IMG/VR virus record: IMGVR_UViG_3300047557_001530
Span: 32,001 to 96,000 of that record
Direction: 5' to 3' (one strand)
Length of the DNA: 64,000 nucleotides
DNA from: a virus
Shown: positions 59,986-64,000 of the stretch, piece by piece
How positions within the stretch are numbered: position 1 is the first letter of the stretch
Layout: each line of letters begins with the position of its first letter
Made by a program: the position numbers and the translations under genes
The notes under the pieces: model-generated
What the model was told of the DNA's origin: nothing
What the model saw: only the letters and a program-made list of their open reading frames with translations
Database searches by the model: none

Positions 59986-60683
59986 ATGAAATGATTAATT
60001 CTGCTGGTGATGGTAGCGGATTACAACTACCTCCATCATTTGTATTAGTCAATCCAAAACAACATAGAAAGTATAAGAAAAACAATAGTGAATATATTGA
60101 TGGTAGAACAAGGGGTGCAAAAAATTTACTCTCTCGCATTTCAAGGCGTAAAAAAATGAAAGAACAATTAGAATCAATTATTAGTGAGGCGGCTCCCTCC
60201 GAGACCGAGAGAGCCCAGAAACAAATTGCTCAACAGAAAAAGCTTACTCGTCAAAAAGATCTTCAAAAGAAGAGAGACGAAGCTAAGTCAAAGATGATGA
60301 GCAAAACTAAAGAAATGGATATCTTGATGAAGGCAAGATTATCAGACTTTAAAAAAAGAGCTTCTGAACAACAGAAGAAAGTATCATTGAAAAATTCTTA
60401 TGAAATGGAAGGCGAAACTATGAATGAAAATACTGCTCAATTAGATACTGTTGAAGTTGCACTTCAAGTTGCTACATCAGAATTGACTCACGGCGAAACT
60501 CAATTCGCAAAAATTCAATTTGAAGATGGATCAGTTCAAAATCTAGATAATTTTTCTGCTAAGAAAATTGCTGCTACTTACGCTTCTCTTTCACCAGAGA
60601 ATCAAGAACAATTCAGATATATGTTAAACAAGAGTGCTGCAACATATCAAAGTGCTCTTGATTTTGCAGTCCGCAATATCTGA
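59958..60683 (+). CDS. Conserved hypothetical protein
   Basis: 241 aa with YIDGRT and a coiled-coil centre. True start may be the ATG at 59982. Confidence 0.65.
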   Translation: MSKTFEPSMNEMINSAGDGSGLQLPPSFVLVNPKQHRKYKKNNSEYIDGRTRGAKNLLSRISRRKKMKEQLESIISEAAPSETERAQKQIAQQKKLTRQKDLQKKRDEAKSKMMSKTKEMDILMKARLSDFKKRASEQQKKVSLKNSYEMEGETMNENTAQLDTVEVALQVATSELTHGETQFAKIQFEDGSVQNLDNFSAKKIAATYASLSPENQEQFRYMLNKSAATYQSALDFAVRNI

Positions 60684-60698
60684 TAGAGGATTAAGTAG

Positions 60699-61133
60699 AT
60701 GTTTAATAAAGATATCACAAGAGAGCTATCAAAATTAGATGTTTTAGAATCTAAATTAAACATCTACGAAACTCTATCAAGGGAAATGTTAGACAAGTTA
60801 GAAAACGCTGTAGATAAGATCTCAGAATCTAATCAACGAATTGCTAATATACTTGCTAAGCATGATGAACGTATTGATCAAAGTATTAAAACTGACGAGC
60901 TTCTCGTCAAAATGATTGATGAAGTTAAAAGTAAAAACACAGAAGAACATAAAGCAGTTATCAAAAGATTAGAAACAGTAGAATCTACTATCAACGATCT
61001 ATCTAAGTTCAAATGGCAGGCGGTTGCCCTTGTGGGGGCCGCCGTTTTGATTGCTGGGTTCGTCGTCCCGTTTGTTGACAATATGCTGGGGATGTCCTAT
61101 AATGGGAGGACTGAGCAAACCCAATCTAGATAA
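60699..61133 (+). CDS. Coiled-coil protein with a C-terminal transmembrane helix
   Basis: 144 aa; hydrophobic stretch WQAVALVGAAVLIAGFVVPFV. Confidence 0.65.
   Translation: MFNKDITRELSKLDVLESKLNIYETLSREMLDKLENAVDKISESNQRIANILAKHDERIDQSIKTDELLVKMIDEVKSKNTEEHKAVIKRLETVESTINDLSKFKWQAVALVGAAVLIAGFVVPFVDNMLGMSYNGRTEQTQSR
61075..61103 (+). promoter_or_regulatory. Consensus sigma70 promoter for primase-nrdA, embedded in the upstream CDS
   Basis: TTGACA (61075-61080), 17 nt, TATAAT (61098-61103). Confidence 0.85.
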
Positions 61134-62119
61134 TGAGTTACATTGATGTCAAGTACATTGGTCTAGTATCCCCCCAACTTCAAAAATTTTCAAAGAAAAA
61201 AGATTCCCTCTACAATTTCCGATGCCCTTACTGTGGTGATAGTAAGAAGCATCAGAATAAAACTAGAGGGTATCTTTTTAAGGTAAAGAATGATTTTGTA
61301 TTTAAATGCCACAACTGTGGTGTGGGGAGAACCTTTACCAATTTCCTAAAAGATAACTGTGCCCATCTGCATAATCAGTATGTGATGGAACGTTATCGTG
61401 AAGGACTTACTGGTAAAAATACACAAACTAAAAATCCAGATTTCAATTTCAAGAAACCAGAATTCCAGAAGAGAAAAACAGGAATTGATCTGGAAAAGAT
61501 TTCAGAACTAAATATTACACACCCAGCTCGGGTGTACTTAGAAGAAAGAAAAATTAAAGATCTCGATTATTTTTATTACTGTCCCAAATTTAAAGAATGG
61601 ACGAACTCACAGCGACAAGTTTTCCCAAACTTAAAGCAAGATGGTCCTAGAATTATCATACCTCTCAGGGATAAAGATGGAAACATGTTTGGATATCAAG
61701 GTAGGTCAATGGCTCCCAAAGCCAAGATTAGATACATCACAATCATGTTAGATGATTCTAAGACCAAAATATTTGGGATGGACAGGGTAGACGAAGACAA
61801 ACCAATTTATGTTACCGAAGGACCATTTGATAGTATGTTCCTTTCTAATAGCATTGCTATGTGTGGTAGTGATGTCAACATTAACAATAAAAATTTGGTA
61901 TATGTTTTTGATAACGAACCTAGAAATAAAGAGATTGTATCCAAATATGATAAAGCAATTGACGATGGAGAACGGATAGTTATCTGGCCACAAACCATTG
62001 TTGAAAAAGATATCAATGACATGGTATTGGCTGGACATGACGTTCAAAGTGTGGTAGAATCAAACACCTACCAAGGCTTAGAAGCAAAACTTAAATTTAC
62101 AACCTGGAAGAAAGTATGA
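61133..62119 (+). CDS. gp61: DNA primase
   Basis: CPYCGDS...CHNC zinc finger, TEGPFDSMF, DNEPRN, KDINDM. Confidence 0.96.
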   Translation: MSYIDVKYIGLVSPQLQKFSKKKDSLYNFRCPYCGDSKKHQNKTRGYLFKVKNDFVFKCHNCGVGRTFTNFLKDNCAHLHNQYVMERYREGLTGKNTQTKNPDFNFKKPEFQKRKTGIDLEKISELNITHPARVYLEERKIKDLDYFYYCPKFKEWTNSQRQVFPNLKQDGPRIIIPLRDKDGNMFGYQGRSMAPKAKIRYITIMLDDSKTKIFGMDRVDEDKPIYVTEGPFDSMFLSNSIAMCGSDVNINNKNLVYVFDNEPRNKEIVSKYDKAIDDGERIVIWPQTIVEKDINDMVLAGHDVQSVVESNTYQGLEAKLKFTTWKKV

Positions 62120-64000
62120 GTAACGGCATTAAAGTTCAAAAACGTGATGGCACTATTGAAGCTTTAAATCTAGATAAGATTCATCGTATGGTCGATGAAG
62201 CTTGTGATGGACTTGCTGGAGTTTCTGCGTCTCAAGTAGAAATGAATTCTGGCATTCAATTCTATGATGGCATTACAACAGAAGAAATTCAAGAAATTCT
62301 AATTCGTTCTGCCAGTGATCTTATTTCACTGGACAATCCTAATTATCAATTTGTTGCGGCTCGTCTTCTTTTGTTCGCCTTACGCAAGCAAGTTTTCCAC
62401 AAGAACATTTGGAAAGAAGGTATGCCCAGCATTTATGATGTGGCCCTATATAATTCAACTGTGCTGGGAGTATATGATGAAGAAATTCTTGACAAGTATA
62501 CAGATGAAGATTGGACAAAGATTAACAGTTGGGTAGAGCACGATAGAGATTATCTTTTCTCCTATGCTGGTCTTCGCCAGGTAGTTGATAAGTATCTTGT
62601 TCAAGACAGAAGCAGTGGAGAAATTTTTGAAACTCCACAGTATATGTACATGATGATTGCTTTGACCCTGTTTGCAGAGTATCCACTTTCAGTACGATTG
62701 GATTACGTTCGCCGTTACTACAATGCCATCTCAAAGCACAAGATCAACATCCCCACGCCAATCATGGCGGGAGTCAGAACAACTCTTAGACAATTCGCTA
62801 GTTGTGTTCTTATTGATTCTGATGACACCCTCAATAGCATCTTTAGCAGCGACATGGCTATTGGTCGCTACGTTGCTCAGAGGGCGGGTATTGGTATCAA
62901 CGCTGGCAGAATCCGTGGAGTCAACAGTAAGATCCGAGGGGGAGAAGTTGCTCATACAGGGGTTATCCCATTCCTCAAAAAGTTTGAAGCAACTGTCAGA
63001 TGCTGTACACAAAACGGGATTCGTGGTGGAAGTGCTACTGTCCACTTTCCAATCTGGCACCAAGAAATAGAAGACATTATTGTTCTTAAGAACAATAAAG
63101 GCACAGAAGATAATCGAGTGCGTAAGCTTGATTACTCAATTCAAACTAGCAAATTGTTCTATGAGAGATTCATTCAAAACGGAGATATCACATTATTCTC
63201 ACCTCACGATGTTCCTGGTCTTAATGATGCTTTTGGTACTCCCGATTTCGATGACCTATATAAGCGTTATGAGTCTGATGATTCAATTCCCAAAAAACGA
63301 GTTAGTGCCCAGGAATTAACCCTTTCTCTACTCAAAGAACGTGCAGAAACTGGTCGTGTTTATATTATGAATATCGACCATTGTAATTCACACTCTTCTT
63401 TCCTAGATAAAGTTTGGATGAGTAATCTCTGTCAAGAAATCACACTTCCCACAGATCCTATTCAACACATTGACGGTGATGGTGAAATTGCTCTTTGTAT
63501 TCTTTCTGCTATCAATGTAGGCAAACTCAAGAATCTTGATGATCTTGAAGAACTATGTGATCTTTCTGTTCGTGGTCTTGAAGAGTTAATTGATTATCAA
63601 AACTATCCCGTGAAAGCAGCTGAGATTTCTACAATTAATCGTCGTTCACTTGGAGTTGGCTATATTGGCTTAGCTCATTATCTAGCAAAACATGGAGTAA
63701 AATATGACGACCCAACCGCTTGGAAACTCGTCCACGACCTTACTGAAGCTTTCCAGTTCTATCTGCTCAAGTCATCAAACACCATCGCCAAAGAGAAAGG
63801 AGCATGTGGATATTTTAATCGAACGAAGTATTCAGACGGTATTCTCCCAATCGACACTTATAAAAAAGACGTAGACGAAATTGTACCTAATAATTTAAAT
63901 TATGATTGGGAGACTTTACGTTCCGAGATTCAAACATATGGACTACGACATTCAACGTTGTCCGCACAAATGCCTTCGGAAAGCAGTTCCGTTGTGTCAA
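62116..64000 (+). CDS. nrdA: Class I ribonucleotide reductase alpha subunit, 3'-truncated by the window edge
   Basis: ATG 62116; ATP cone (VQKRDG...LDKIH), PTPIMAG, QFASCVL, QNGIRGG, SNLCQEI, AQMPSESSS. Confidence 0.96.
   Translation, partial: MSNGIKVQKRDGTIEALNLDKIHRMVDEACDGLAGVSASQVEMNSGIQFYDGITTEEIQEILIRSASDLISLDNPNYQFVAARLLLFALRKQVFHKNIWKEGMPSIYDVALYNSTVLGVYDEEILDKYTDEDWTKINSWVEHDRDYLFSYAGLRQVVDKYLVQDRSSGEIFETPQYMYMMIALTLFAEYPLSVRLDYVRRYYNAISKHKINIPTPIMAGVRTTLRQFASCVLIDSDDTLNSIFSSDMAIGRYVAQRAGIGINAGRIRGVNSKIRGGEVAHTGVIPFLKKFEATVRCCTQNGIRGGSATVHFPIWHQEIEDIIVLKNNKGTEDNRVRKLDYSIQTSKLFYERFIQNGDITLFSPHDVPGLNDAFGTPDFDDLYKRYESDDSIPKKRVSAQELTLSLLKERAETGRVYIMNIDHCNSHSSFLDKVWMSNLCQEITLPTDPIQHIDGDGEIALCILSAINVGKLKNLDDLEELCDLSVRGLEELIDYQNYPVKAAEISTINRRSLGVGYIGLAHYLAKHGVKYDDPTAWKLVHDLTEAFQFYLLKSSNTIAKEKGACGYFNRTKYSDGILPIDTYKKDVDEIVPNNLNYDWETLRSEIQTYGLRHSTLSAQMPSESSSVVS

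Noticed and set aside
62315-63319. Short ORFs listed inside 62116-64000
   Set aside because: Off-frame or antisense to nrdA, which the track missed because it has no stop codon within the window.
26187-64000. Introns or inteins in gp17, gp43, gp41 or nrdA
   Set aside because: ORFs are uninterrupted and of normal length; no intein or LAGLIDADG/HNH insertions were seen in the parts present.
1-64000. CRISPR array, integrase, transposase, photosynthesis genes, stop-codon recoding
   Set aside because: No repeat-spacer pattern or matching ORFs were seen. Genes end at TAA, TAG and TGA with normal lengths under the standard code.

Overview
64-kb segment of a T4-like myovirus, most likely a cyanophage (Kyanoviridae-like, inferred from the hsp20, mazG, cobS/vWA content, the gene order and ATAAATA/CTAAATA late promoters). 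All credible genes are on the + strand. 1-16.7 kb: a collagen-like (Gly-X-Gln) fibre followed by six paralogous modular fibre/adhesin genes with small companion ORFs. 16.7-20.2 kb: a beta-propeller glycosidase-like gene and a four-domain glycosyltransferase/methyltransferase/TPR gene. 20.5-36.7 kb: neck, terminase, tail and head module (gp13-gp23, gp3). 36.7-56.6 kb: recombination, transcription and replication module (uvsY, uvsW, gp55, gp47, gp46, vWA/CobS pair, gp45, gp44, gp62, regA, hsp20, gp43, uvsX, gp41, mazG). The rest holds two tRNAs, late virion genes, primase and a 5' fragment of nrdA. Main observations: (1) the fibre paralogues appear to be built by recursive Russian-doll insertion, because the number of modules (2,3,4,1,1,1) equals the number of stacked C-terminal TRxxD strands in every gene; (2) two modular, probably capsid-internal proteins each carry an in-frame A_AAA_AAG slippery site followed 6-7 nt later by a stem-loop, a candidate -1 ribosomal frameshift that would remove a module in one gene and add one in the other; (3) a possible virion glycosylation/methylation cassette; (4) several candidate small RNAs and an antisense promoter. 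All calls come from reading motifs by eye; no database searches were run.
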